From an uncultured Gemmataceae bacterium (GTDB taxonomy: Bacteria; Planctomycetota; Planctomycetia; Gemmatales; Gemmataceae), in NCBI GenBank assembly GCA_963750165.1, contig CAVVPN010000003.1, forward strand, positions 32,001 through 96,000: DNA of 64,000 nucleotides. The letters are read 5' to 3'. The position numbers and the translations under genes were made by a program. Below the pieces are notes generated by a model. That model was not told the origin of the DNA, ran no database searches, and saw only the letters and a list, made by a program, of their open reading frames with translations. How positions within the stretch are numbered: the first letter of the stretch is position 1; each line of letters opens with the position of its first letter. Positions 42,408 to 52,454 of this stretch are shown piece after piece.

Positions 42408-45191
42408 ATGATGTCCATCATTCAACGCGCCGCGCTCACGTTCGTGGCGCTGCTGACCATCGCGCCGTTTGCCGCTGCCCAGGTCAGGCCGTTGGCCGAC
42501 CGGTTCGGCAATCCGCTGCCGAAACACGCGCTGACCCGCCTGGGCACCAAACGCTTCCGCGTGGAGACCTGGGTATCCTCGGTGGCCTTTTCGCGCGACG
42601 GCAAATGGATCGCCGCCGGCGACGGGACCGGCCTGGTCTACCTGTGGGAAGCCGCCACGGGGAAGGTGGCGCTGCAGGTGGATTCGCACGAACGCTGGCC
42701 AACCGTCTTCTTTTCGCAGGACGGCAGCCGGCTCGGGGCGCGAAACGCGGAAGGGGAGGTTCGCCTCTGGGAAACCACAACCGGCAAGCTCGTCGCCTCC
42801 TTTCGGCGGGGGTTCAAGGGCAACGGCAGGCGCTACGAACAATTCCTTTTCTCCCCCGACGGCCGCCGCATCATCGCCGTTCCCGACTTCAACGAGATGA
42901 TTTATCTTCATAATGGCAAACTCGCGGATGCTGATGTCGTCGGCGACAAGCTGGAAGAACTCTCGATTGAGCTACTGGAGGCGCCCGGCGGCAAGCTCGT
43001 GAAACGGCTGGCGAAGTCCGAACCGGGAACCGTGTTTTCCGATGCGGCCCTGTCCCCCGACGGCAAACTCCTCGCGGTGGGCATCCGGGCCGTCAAGTCG
43101 CCGCGCAAGGTGCTGCGCCTGCTCGACACGACCACCGGGAAGCTGGTCCGTGAGATCACCGCGGAAGGCGAAGGTTGGTTCCTGAGCATGGCGTTCACGC
43201 CCGATGGCAAGACCCTTGCGCTCGGCAGCCGCGATGAGATCGTGCTGGCCGACGTTGCGACCGGCAAGGTGACCGGCCGACTTACCGCCAAAATGAGCAC
43301 CGTCGGTTTCGTGGGCTTCACCGCCGATGCCAAAACGCTGGTTTCGCACAGCCACGACGACAAGGTCCGTGCGTGGAACCTCGCGACCAGGAAAGTGCAG
43401 CGCACCTTTGCCGCCGAAGCCAGCGGACACCATGTGCTTCACCTGCCCGGTAGACTTGGTGACAAGCCTGCATACCACGAGTGGTTCGGCAAGATGTACG
43501 GCACCGCTCTGTCGCCGGATGGCAAGACGTTTGCGGTCGGCATCTCGGGTTGCGTTCAGCTTTGGGACATCGCCGCGGGCAAGCAGTTGTACCCCGAACA
43601 GAAAGCCCCCGACCGTTGGGCCGAGGTGGAGTATTCACCCGATGGCCGCCTGCTGCTGGTCAGCACCCTGGAGCACGCCTGTCTCTGGGATTCGGTGAGT
43701 GGCACGATCCGAAAAGAACTGCCAAAAGGAGCCAGAGGGGGCGTGTTCTCTCCCGACGGCAAAATCATCGCGTTCGGGCGACTCCGCAAAGAGGATGACA
43801 AAGAGGCCCCGGTCGCGTTCCTCTGGGACATCGCCCGCGAAAAGGAACTGGTCCGATTGGAACATCCGCGAAAGGAAGGATTTTCCTTTCGGAATCTGGC
43901 ATTTGGCCCCAATGGGCGCACGCTCCTCACGCTCGGTTTGTATCGAGAAAACGCGGGCTATCCCAACATGACCAGCCTGCATCGGTGGGACACGAGCACC
44001 GGCAAAATCCTGAATGGCATCATCCGGCAGGACACCAATGCGTGGCGTTCGGCAATAGCCTCTGACGGGCGGACCGCGGCCATCGTGCTCGGCAATGGCC
44101 TCCTCCTTACCGATGTAGAACTTGACGAAGACCTTTGGACCAGGGAGGACGGGCCTCCCGAGGGCATGTCGGGTTATCCCGTCTTTTCGCGGGATGGCGG
44201 CTTCCTGCTGCTCTGGTCCGACTATGGGTACGTCGGCATCTGGGAAATCGCCACCCGCAGCACGGTCGCGCGGATCGGCTTGCGGCAGGAAGGCAACCTC
44301 AAGCTGGCGAAATGGACTTCCCGGGAAAAAGACGGCAAGGGCGAACAGGAACCGCCCATTGACCAACCCTTGATCGAGGCACTGGCCATTTCGCCGGACG
44401 GGCGCCTCGTGGCAACGGCGGAGCGGTTCAATGATCGCTACTTCAGGGCCATGCCGGTCGCAGGGCCGCTGCCGTTGCCCCTCATCCGGATCTGGGAGGT
44501 CGCGACTGGCAAGGAGGTGCAACGTTTGGAGGGCTATCGCTCCAGAGTCACTGCGCTGGCGTTCTCCCCCGACGGCCGCCGCCTGGCGTCGGCGTTTCAG
44601 AACGACTCCGTGCTGATCTGGGACATCAGTCGCACGGTTGCTCCCGTCGCGGCGAAGCAAAAACCCATCGCCGCGAAACAGCTGGACAAGCTTTGGGCCG
44701 ACCTGGCCGCGGCCGACGGCGCCCGCGCGTATGCCGCCATGAGCGCACTCCAGGAAGCGCCGCAGCAAGCCGTTGCTCTGCTCGCACGACAGGTGCGTCC
44801 TGTCACGGAGGCAGAGGCAAAGCGCGTTCGCGGCCTGCTGCAGCGCCTGGACGACAAATCGTTCCGCGAGCGGACCACCAGCGTCAAGGAACTCAAGGCC
44901 CTGGCGTCACAATATCGGAATCTTCTGAAAAAAACCCTGCAAGCGCCTGGCTCGCTGGAGTTCAAGCGGCGGCTGGAAGCCATTCTCCGCGAAGCGCCGC
45001 GCCAGCTGCCCCCGGAGACGCTACGCACCGTGCGTGCCATCCAGACCCTGGAGCGCATCGGTAGCCCGGAGGCATGCCGGGTGTTGACCCTGCTGGCCGG
45101 AGGAGCCGCCGAGGCCCACGCGACCCGAGTCGCCCAGACGGCCCTCCACCGGGCGGCCGTTCCTGTTCACGGCGACTGGAAAAAGAATTAG
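42408..45191 (+). CDS. Secreted WD40-repeat protein
   Basis: Signal peptide, DRFGNPLPKHALTRLGT, many FSPDG..WD/WE repeats, and the C-terminal LWADLA..RAIQTLERIG domain. Confidence 0.9.
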   Translation: MMSIIQRAALTFVALLTIAPFAAAQVRPLADRFGNPLPKHALTRLGTKRFRVETWVSSVAFSRDGKWIAAGDGTGLVYLWEAATGKVALQVDSHERWPTVFFSQDGSRLGARNAEGEVRLWETTTGKLVASFRRGFKGNGRRYEQFLFSPDGRRIIAVPDFNEMIYLHNGKLADADVVGDKLEELSIELLEAPGGKLVKRLAKSEPGTVFSDAALSPDGKLLAVGIRAVKSPRKVLRLLDTTTGKLVREITAEGEGWFLSMAFTPDGKTLALGSRDEIVLADVATGKVTGRLTAKMSTVGFVGFTADAKTLVSHSHDDKVRAWNLATRKVQRTFAAEASGHHVLHLPGRLGDKPAYHEWFGKMYGTALSPDGKTFAVGISGCVQLWDIAAGKQLYPEQKAPDRWAEVEYSPDGRLLLVSTLEHACLWDSVSGTIRKELPKGARGGVFSPDGKIIAFGRLRKEDDKEAPVAFLWDIAREKELVRLEHPRKEGFSFRNLAFGPNGRTLLTLGLYRENAGYPNMTSLHRWDTSTGKILNGIIRQDTNAWRSAIASDGRTAAIVLGNGLLLTDVELDEDLWTREDGPPEGMSGYPVFSRDGGFLLLWSDYGYVGIWEIATRSTVARIGLRQEGNLKLAKWTSREKDGKGEQEPPIDQPLIEALAISPDGRLVATAERFNDRYFRAMPVAGPLPLPLIRIWEVATGKEVQRLEGYRSRVTALAFSPDGRRLASAFQNDSVLIWDISRTVAPVAAKQKPIAAKQLDKLWADLAAADGARAYAAMSALQEAPQQAVALLARQVRPVTEAEAKRVRGLLQRLDDKSFRERTTSVKELKALASQYRNLLKKTLQAPGSLEFKRRLEAILREAPRQLPPETLRTVRAIQTLERIGSPEACRVLTLLAGGAAEAHATRVAQTALHRAAVPVHGDWKKN

Positions 45192-45283
45192 CCACAGAGA
45201 ACACAGAGAGCACAGAGGAAAGACAGGAGAGCTGGGTTACAATTCTCCTGTCTTTCCTCTATGCTCTCTGTGTTCTCTGCGGC
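45191..45283. repeat. Family A palindrome starting at the WD40 gene stop codon
   Basis: 40-bp arms with 2 mismatches. Confidence 0.92.
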
Positions 45284-45319
45284 CAGAGCGGTTCGCAGAC
45301 GACTGTAGCGGTCGTGTCT

Positions 45320-45529
45320 TTCGCCCCGAAGGGGCGGGACAACTTAGCCCCGGGCAACGCCCTGGGAACCAGGGAGGGACTGTTACCCTGCTTTCTTCCG
45401 TGCCCTGAAGGGGCACCACAACAACGCTTGGGGTGCCCCTTCAGGGCACGGAAGAGAGAAGAGGGGGGGTCGCATCGGCGTCCCCAGGGCGTTGCCCTGG
45501 GCTAAGTTGTCCCGCCCCTTCGGGGCGAA
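45320..45529. repeat. Family G REP cluster (long nested palindrome)
   Basis: Outer gccccgaaggggcgggacaacttagccc..caacgccctggg arms enclosing an inner gccctgaaggggcacc pair. Confidence 0.92.
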
Positions 45530-45561
45530 GAACCCGCCACACCCAAACGCAAATCGCTGCC

Positions 45562-45653
45562 CTGTAAATAGGCCGCATTCCTGATGGTACGTTCAGTAGT
45601 AGCGGCCAATTTTCATGAACTCTGGGTGAACTTCAGTTCATGACGACTCTAAT
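45562..45653. repeat. ~90-bp dispersed repeat, copy 2
   Basis: Nearly identical to 16092-16182; overlaps the kinase stop codon. Confidence 0.92.
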
Positions 45654-47979
45654 GCTTGATGCCTAATGCCTGCGCTCGCGTGTAATCCGCCTGCGCCTCG
45701 TCCGTGCGGCCCAGCGCCGTCAGCGCGAGGCCGCGGTTGTGCCATGCCTCCGCCCGCTCCGGCGCCAGCGCCACACAGGTGCGAAACGCCGCCAGCGCTG
45801 CCGCTGTATCGCCCAGCCGGTACGCACACACGCCCTCGTAGAAGTGCGGCCAGAAATCCTGCGGCCGCAGCGCCACGGCACGGCGGAACGCAACCGCCGC
45901 CTCCTGGACCGCGCCCGCCTGCAACAGCGACCGGCCCAGAGCGCAGTGCTCCCACGCGGTGCGCGGCGCCAGCGTCAGCGCTCGCCGCCGCGCCTGCTCC
46001 GCCTCCGCAGCGCGACCCAGCGCCGCCAGGCACGCCTGCCGCTGCTGCGCCAGCACCACGCTCGGCCCGAATCGCTCTTCCGCCTCGTCCAGCGCCGCCA
46101 GCAGTTCCTGGGCGGCTGCCGAACTCCGCGATCCGTGCGGACCCCGCAACCGCAGGTCCGCCCACAGCGTCGCCAGGTCGAGCAGGTCTGCCCGCACCTG
46201 CTCCGCTCCTTCGTCCGGCCCCTCCAGCAACAACCGGCGTTTGTCCCACGCCGCCCGCCACTGCGGCTGCAACGCCGACAGATCCCCCACCGCACCGCCG
46301 GCCGCCAGGAAGCGCAGCCGGTCCAGCAGCGCACGCAACTGCCCCGCCGCCCGCGCCCGCCGCGCCGTCTGCAACCCTTCCCGCAGCGCAGCCGCGTCCT
46401 CGGTCAGGCCCAGACTCTCCGCCAGCGCCAGACCCTGTGCGAGCCGGTCGGCGGCCCGGCCGTAGTCGCGCTGCCGCAGCGCCGACCTGCCCTCTGCCAG
46501 CGCCGCCTGAACGGCGGCGCGATCGTGCGCCGACTGTCCCTGCGTCACCAGCAGCAGCGCTGCCGCCGCCAGCAGCACCGCCGCCCCCAGCGCCAGCAGC
46601 CGCAAGGCGTGGGGCTTGCGCCGGCGCCATTTCCACCAACGCTCGCGCAGGCTCCGGTTGGGCACGCCGCGCAACAGCCGGTTCTCCAGGTGGCGGCGCA
46701 GGTCCTCGGCCAGCGCCCCCGCGTGCTGGTAGCGCCGCCCTGGGTCCGGCGCCAGACACTTCGCCACCACGTCCGCCAGGCCAACCGACACCTGCGGATT
46801 CAAGTGGCACAGGTTGGCAGCCTGATGCCCACTATCGGGCAGGGCGCCGGCCAGCATCTTGAACAGCATCACGCCGAGGGCATAAATGTCGGCGCGACCG
46901 TCCACGGTGGCGGGCACGGCGCGGCCCAGGTTGACGGCCTGGATGGCGGCGCGCTGCTCGGGGGCCATGAAAGTAGGGGTGCCGCCCAGCCAGTCCTGCA
47001 CCGGGGCGCCCGCCGTCAGCGGTTGCTGGGCCAGGTGGAAGTCGAGCAGCAGCGGTTGCCCCTCGGCGGTCAGCAGCACATTGCCGGGCTTCACGTCGAG
47101 ATGCACCAGGCCGCGGGCGTGGGCGTACTGCAGCGCGTCCGCCAGACCGGCGCCGAGCCAGCACACCGCCTCCACGTAGCCCAGCCGCTCCAGCAGTTGC
47201 CGGGCGGGCTTGTGCGGCGCTCCCGGCACCGGTCGATCCGCCTGCAACTGGTCGAGCGCCCGCAGCAGGTCGCTGCCGCGCCGCTGCCGCGCCGGCGTCG
47301 CCTGAAGGTGTTCCAGAACGTGGTTCAGGGCGGCGCCGCCGTGGTAGGGCATGCACAAAATGCGGCGGCCCGCGGCGGGCTCGTCGTGGACCGCGTAGAG
47401 CGGCATGATGTGGGTGTGCTGCAGCCGGGCCAGTGACAGGTGTTCGCGGCCCAGGCACGGCGTCACCTTGAGGACGACGAGGCGATCGCCCAGTTCGGGC
47501 TGCATCGCCAGGTACACGCTCCCCTGGCTACCCTGTCCCAGCAGGGCGACGATCCGGTAGCCGGCCAGTTCCGCGCCGACGCCCGGCCTGTCGCCTGGCG
47601 GCGATTCCAGCTGGGTGCTGTACTGGGAGATCGGCCCGTTCAGCACGGCTTCCAGTTGGGTACGCCACCTGGGGAAGCGGTCGAGAAAGTCGGCGCCAGC
47701 CACGGCTTCTCCGTGCTCCCGCCGCAGGCAGAACTCTTCATAAATCAATCGCACCACCGCCCCGGGATGGTCGTGCAATTCCGGGTAGCGGTTCAGGAAG
47801 GACTCGATGGCCGGCCGGTCGCCGGCGCGCAGCGGCGCGCGCAATTCGACGATCAACCGCGGCACCAGCGCCAGTCCGGGAGCGCCGTCCCCGGGCGACG
47901 CCAGCGAGTCGGTCAGGGTTCGGTCGCGCGCGGCGCGAACCGTGCGAACCGGTTCGGGGAGAGACGAGCGCCTGTCCAT
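45649..47979 (-). CDS. Ser/Thr protein kinase with TM segment and TPRs
   Basis: GQGSQGSV, VLKV, HLDVKPGN, DFHLA, GGTP.FMAPEQ and DIYALG; AAGGAG RBS before ATG 47979. Confidence 0.9.
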   Translation of the reverse strand: MDRRSSLPEPVRTVRAARDRTLTDSLASPGDGAPGLALVPRLIVELRAPLRAGDRPAIESFLNRYPELHDHPGAVVRLIYEEFCLRREHGEAVAGADFLDRFPRWRTQLEAVLNGPISQYSTQLESPPGDRPGVGAELAGYRIVALLGQGSQGSVYLAMQPELGDRLVVLKVTPCLGREHLSLARLQHTHIMPLYAVHDEPAAGRRILCMPYHGGAALNHVLEHLQATPARQRRGSDLLRALDQLQADRPVPGAPHKPARQLLERLGYVEAVCWLGAGLADALQYAHARGLVHLDVKPGNVLLTAEGQPLLLDFHLAQQPLTAGAPVQDWLGGTPTFMAPEQRAAIQAVNLGRAVPATVDGRADIYALGVMLFKMLAGALPDSGHQAANLCHLNPQVSVGLADVVAKCLAPDPGRRYQHAGALAEDLRRHLENRLLRGVPNRSLRERWWKWRRRKPHALRLLALGAAVLLAAAALLLVTQGQSAHDRAAVQAALAEGRSALRQRDYGRAADRLAQGLALAESLGLTEDAAALREGLQTARRARAAGQLRALLDRLRFLAAGGAVGDLSALQPQWRAAWDKRRLLLEGPDEGAEQVRADLLDLATLWADLRLRGPHGSRSSAAAQELLAALDEAEERFGPSVVLAQQRQACLAALGRAAEAEQARRRALTLAPRTAWEHCALGRSLLQAGAVQEAAVAFRRAVALRPQDFWPHFYEGVCAYRLGDTAAALAAFRTCVALAPERAEAWHNRGLALTALGRTDEAQADYTRAQALGIKH

Positions 47980-47995
47980 GGGACTCCTTCGGGGT

Positions 47996-48973
47996 TCACC
48001 TGGCCGCTGCGAGTTCGACATCCGGAGACGTGTACGAGCGCCGCGCCCGGGACTGCCAGATGACCCCCCAGGCCGTGCCGGTCACCGCCAGGCCCATCAA
48101 GAAGCCGCACGGCCCTGGGCCGCACTGCTCCAGCCAGCCGGCCACCGACTGCTCCAGGTCCGTGGTCGCGGTCAGGAATTCGGCGAACGCCTGTTCCAGG
48201 GCGGCCGCATCGACCGTCCCCACTTCGGCGCAGGCCGCGGGCGGAGTCACCCTGGTAGCCGCCGTCTCGCTTACCGGTTCCGTCTCGACCACGCGCAGCG
48301 GCGTATGAAGAGGCGACTCCCACGGCGGCGCCGGGGACTGCTGCCCCACCTGAGGCTCGGGCAACCCGTGTTCGTCCAGTTGCAAGAGCGGTAGATTCGC
48401 GGCCGGTTGCTCCGGCCGCTGGGGCAGCGACCCGGCCGCGGCCACGCCGAGCGCCGGCCCTGTGGGGGAAGGGCCCTCCATCAACCCACTCTCCCGCTCC
48501 CTGGCCGCGCCCGCTGGACGGGCAGTTGCCTCGAACGCCAACCAAACATCCTGGACCAACTCCTCGCCACGGAAGTTGTGTGCCTCTTCCGTCAGGAGTC
48601 CCTGACGCTGTGCCAACGGCAGCGCCCGCAACTCATCAACCAGGACGGTGGTGATGTCCACGGCGTTCGCCAGGATCAACGGCCGTTCGGGCGAATCCAC
48701 GTCCTCAGCATCCACATCCTGCACGACGCGCACCACGAGTTTGTCGGCCGGCAGCGCGCGTTCGAGGACGGGCCCCACGACGGTAGCCAGTCCCAGGGCC
48801 ACCTCCGCCCGTGGGGCAGGGGTAATCGCATGGGGCGCCGGAACTTCGCCAGGGGGGGATGCAAACAGCGCAGGATTGGGAAACGCACTGGTGGAGAGGA
48901 GGTGCCGACTCTCCAGTTCTTCCAGATTGAGGAAGGCGAGTGATACCACCTTGCGCGGGCAATGTGTTCGCAC
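47996..48973 (-). CDS. Hypothetical protein with LEELESR signal and a C-terminal hydrophobic segment
   Basis: LNLEELESRHLLS motif; start uncertain (GTG 48973 after GGAGG). Confidence 0.65.
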   Translation of the reverse strand: MRTHCPRKVVSLAFLNLEELESRHLLSTSAFPNPALFASPPGEVPAPHAITPAPRAEVALGLATVVGPVLERALPADKLVVRVVQDVDAEDVDSPERPLILANAVDITTVLVDELRALPLAQRQGLLTEEAHNFRGEELVQDVWLAFEATARPAGAARERESGLMEGPSPTGPALGVAAAGSLPQRPEQPAANLPLLQLDEHGLPEPQVGQQSPAPPWESPLHTPLRVVETEPVSETAATRVTPPAACAEVGTVDAAALEQAFAEFLTATTDLEQSVAGWLEQCGPGPCGFLMGLAVTGTAWGVIWQSRARRSYTSPDVELAAAR

Positions 48974-49422
48974 GAGCCATCCCTCCGTGAGTGGGTAACG
49001 GGTATGGTGGCGCATCGCCCAACTCCCCGTGAGGCGATTACCAGGCCCAACCAGCCCTCCAAAATCCCCCTGATCGTAAGGCTCGCAATTTGCCGCGTCA
49101 AGTGATTTTGATTATCTTCGCGCTCCGTGGCTGACAGGGCGAAGCGATGCGTTTGTCGGTGGGAATGTGCGCGCTTGGAATCGGGACGCAAGTGACTCAG
49201 GGGAGCGCCGTCGGTCGCAGGTTGGCAGGCTTGAGCGTCAGCAGGACTGGCGTGCCCGAGCCCCGCGCGGGGCCGTCAGTCCACGCAACCATAGGTCCAC
49301 AATGCCGCCCCGGCAACGAACACCAGGCGGTTACCCCCATTGCAGTCCGTCTTTTTCTGTTTCGCCCCATCCGCTATAGTTGGTGAAGAGGTCGGCAACC
49401 CCGCTCCTGGTTGTATCCTGTC

Positions 49423-51288
49423 ATGGCTGCGTTGATTTACGAGTATGATGTAGCCGTCGTCGGCGCCGGCCACGCGGGCGTGGAGGCCGCCCTGGCGGCG
49501 GCGCGTCTGGGGCTGCGTACGGTCCTGCTCACCATGAGTGCCGATACTGTCGCCCAGATGAGCTGCAACCCAGCCATCGGCGGCGTCGCCAAGGGGCAGA
49601 TCGTCCGCGAGATCGACGCCCTCGGCGGCGCCATGGGCCAGGTCATCGACGCGACCGCGATTCAGTTCCGCATGCTGAACCGCACCAAGGGCCCGGCCAT
49701 GCACTCGCCGCGCGCCCAGGCGGACAAGAAGCACTATCAGTTCACGATGAAGCACCGCGTTGAGGCCCAGGCCAGCTTGACGCTGCGGCAGGAGATCGTT
49801 GAAGGCATAGCGGTCAGGGGTGAGGGGTCAGGGGTCAGGGTGGAGGGTGTCCAGGCTCGTGGGGGGACGTTTTACCGCGCCGCCGCGGTGGTGCTGACGA
49901 CCGGCACGTTCCTGAAAGCGATCATGCACACCGGCGAGGCGCAGACGCGCGGCGGCCGCGCCGGCGACGGCTCCGCCGAGGCGCTCAGCGACAGCCTGGC
50001 CGCGTGCGGTTTCGAGCTGGCCCGCTTCAAAACCGGCACGCCCTGCCGCCTCAACGGCCGCACCATTCACTTTGACGTACTGGAGCCGCAGCCCGGTGAC
50101 TTCGAGCCGCAGCCGTTCAGCTTCGCCACCGAGCAACTCACCCAGGACCAGCTGCTCTGCCACATCACCTACACGAATGAGGCGGTGCATGCGTTGATCC
50201 GCGCCAACCTGCACCGGGCGCCGATGTACTCGGGCCAGATTTGCGGCCGCGGACCGCGCTACTGCCCGTCCATCGAGGACAAGGTGGTGCGCTTCGCCGA
50301 CAAGGATCGGCATCAAATTTTCCTGGAGCCGGAGGGCCGCAACACCCTGGAGTATTACTGTAATGGCATCAGCACCAGCCTGCCCAACGACGTGCAGCAG
50401 GCCATGCTGCGGTTGATCCCGGGGCTGGAGAACGCCGAGGTCATGCGCTGGGGCTACGCCGTCGAATACGACTACGCGCCGCCGACGCAGTTGCTGCCGA
50501 CACTGGAGACCAAGCAGGTCGCCGGGCTGTACTTCGCCGGTCAGATCAACGGCACCACCGGCTACGAGGAAGCCGCGGCGCAGGGCCTGATGGCCGGCGC
50601 CAATGCCGCCCTCAAGATCAAGGGCGAACCGCCACTCGTGCTCGACCGCAGTCAGGCGTACATTGGTGTGCTCATCGACGATTTGGTGACGCGCGGCGTC
50701 GATGAGCCCTACCGCATGTTCACATCGCGGGCGGAGTATCGGCTGCTGTTGCGGCACGACAACGCCGACCGCCGCCTGACGCCGCTGGGCCACCGTGCCG
50801 GGCTCGTGGCTGACGACGCCTGGCAGCGCCTGCAGCGCAAGGAACAGGGCATCACGGCACTGACCGAGTATCTGCAGAACCACCGCCACGGTCAGGACAC
50901 GCTGGAGCGCTGGCTGCGGCGCACCGAGGTCGAGTGGAGCCAGCTGTGCGAACTGGAACCGATGCTGCGCGAGTGGAACGCCCGGCCCGAGGTGGTGGAG
51001 CAGGTTGTGTTGGAGACGAAGTACGCCGGCTACATCGACCGTCAGGCCGCCCAGGTGGAACGCTTCCAGCGTCTGGAGTCGAAGCCGATCCCGGCGCACT
51101 TCGACTATGACGGTGTGCCCCAGTTGCGTTGCGAGGCCCGCGAAAAGCTGGGCCGCATTCGTCCGGCGAGTCTCGGTCAGGCCAGCCGCATCAGCGGCAT
51201 CAGTCCGGCGGACCTGGCGGTGCTGCTGCTGTACCTGGACCGACCGGCCCGGCCGCCGGCAAGCTCGGTCGGCATTGCGGAGGAGTGA
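49423..51288 (+). CDS. mnmG: tRNA uridine-5-carboxymethylaminomethyl modification enzyme MnmG (GidA)
   Basis: [44 protein letters not shown] and [11 protein letters not shown] motifs. Confidence 0.98.
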   Translation: MAALIYEYDVAVVGAGHAGVEAALAAARLGLRTVLLTMSADTVAQMSCNPAIGGVAKGQIVREIDALGGAMGQVIDATAIQFRMLNRTKGPAMHSPRAQADKKHYQFTMKHRVEAQASLTLRQEIVEGIAVRGEGSGVRVEGVQARGGTFYRAAAVVLTTGTFLKAIMHTGEAQTRGGRAGDGSAEALSDSLAACGFELARFKTGTPCRLNGRTIHFDVLEPQPGDFEPQPFSFATEQLTQDQLLCHITYTNEAVHALIRANLHRAPMYSGQICGRGPRYCPSIEDKVVRFADKDRHQIFLEPEGRNTLEYYCNGISTSLPNDVQQAMLRLIPGLENAEVMRWGYAVEYDYAPPTQLLPTLETKQVAGLYFAGQINGTTGYEEAAAQGLMAGANAALKIKGEPPLVLDRSQAYIGVLIDDLVTRGVDEPYRMFTSRAEYRLLLRHDNADRRLTPLGHRAGLVADDAWQRLQRKEQGITALTEYLQNHRHGQDTLERWLRRTEVEWSQLCELEPMLREWNARPEVVEQVVLETKYAGYIDRQAAQVERFQRLESKPIPAHFDYDGVPQLRCEAREKLGRIRPASLGQASRISGISPADLAVLLLYLDRPARPPASSVGIAEE

Positions 51289-51543
51289 ACGGTGGTAACG
51301 GCCCGCGATGCCGGGGGATCAGGAAACCTGGGCGGAACGACGCAACTCCGGGGATCGGGCGCTACGATAAGAAAAGGGAAGGGGCAGAAGAGACCCAGGC
51401 CAGCAAATTCGCGCAAGAGAACTTCGCGGTGCGCAATTAGTGCGGATACGGTAATTTTTGACAACCAGGAAAGATTCCGCGGCCATCGGTTGTAAGTTTC
51501 TTTCAGGAAACAATTTGTGGAGAAGCGGAATCTACGGTTTGCA

Positions 51544-51571
51544 TTGACAGGGTGAGCAAGGCTGTTATAAT
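51544..51571 (+). promoter_or_regulatory. Consensus sigma70 promoter with extended -10
   Basis: TTGACA (51544-51549), 16-bp spacer ending TGt, TATAAT (51566-51571). Confidence 0.85.
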
Positions 51572-51804
51572 CGCGAAAGAAGGAATATCGGGACGCCTCT
51601 CTGGCAAAGGACCGACGGCAGCAGGGTCAGTGATTCAACACCAAGGCCCCTTCCCACCCAGCGCTGCCCTCCGAAGTGAGGCCGCAAAGGAACGAGCGAG
51701 GCAAAATCAGGGATGATTTCGGTCCGACCACCATTTACGGAAAGCGGCTGGCACGGACCACACTCATGCGCCTGGCCCAGCGCCAGGAAGGGGTGGACAA
51801 TTTT

Positions 51805-52389
51805 ATGAAGACGGTGTTCACGACCGGCGAGGCTGCCAAAATCTGCAAGGTCAGCCAGCAAACCATCATTCGCTGCTTTGACAACGGCCAACTGAAGGGC
51901 TTCCGCGTACCGGGCTCGCGCTTCCGGCGCATCCCCCGCGAGATGCTCTACAAGTTCATGAAAGACAACGGCATCCCGACCGACGCGCTGGAGAGCGGCA
52001 AGCGCAAGGTGCTGCTCGTCGATGACGACGTGGAACTGGTCGAGTTGATGACCAAGGTTCTGGAGGAGGACGGGCGCTTTGAGGTGCGCGTGGCCACGAC
52101 CGGCTTCGATGCTGGCATGATGGTCAAGGAGTACCGGCCCGACCTGATCGTCCTGGACGTGATGCTGCCGGACATCAACGGCAAGGAAGTCTGCCACCGC
52201 GTCCGGGCCGACCCCACGCTGGAGGACGTGCGCATCCTGTGCATCTCCGGCATGATCGAGGAGGACAAGATCCAGGAGCTGCGTCTGTCCGGTGCCGACG
52301 ACTTCCTGCACAAGCCCTTCGACATCGAGGAACTGATCGACCGGATGTGCGCGCAGCTCGAAATCGAAACGATGCCAACCACCGCTTAA
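51805..52389 (+). CDS. Response regulator with N-terminal excisionase/MerR-like HTH and C-terminal receiver domain
   Basis: FTTGEAAKICKVSQQTIIRCFD, then VLLVDDD..LDVMLP..LHKPF. Confidence 0.92.
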   Translation: MKTVFTTGEAAKICKVSQQTIIRCFDNGQLKGFRVPGSRFRRIPREMLYKFMKDNGIPTDALESGKRKVLLVDDDVELVELMTKVLEEDGRFEVRVATTGFDAGMMVKEYRPDLIVLDVMLPDINGKEVCHRVRADPTLEDVRILCISGMIEEDKIQELRLSGADDFLHKPFDIEELIDRMCAQLEIETMPTTA

Positions 52390-52393
52390 CGCC

Positions 52394-52454
52394 AGTCATT
52401 AGTCATTAGTCATTAGTCATTAGCTCAATGACTAATGACTAATGACTAATGACT
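52394..52454. repeat. Family C heptamer palindrome filling the regulator-kinase gap
   Basis: (agtcatt)4, agctc, (aatgact)4. Confidence 0.95.

Noticed and set aside
51590..51700. c-di-GMP-I riboswitch (GGCAAA..CGCAAAG words)
   Set aside because: Spacing and the GNRA-capped stem do not fit the consensus as far as I can see; kept only as an unassigned structured leader.
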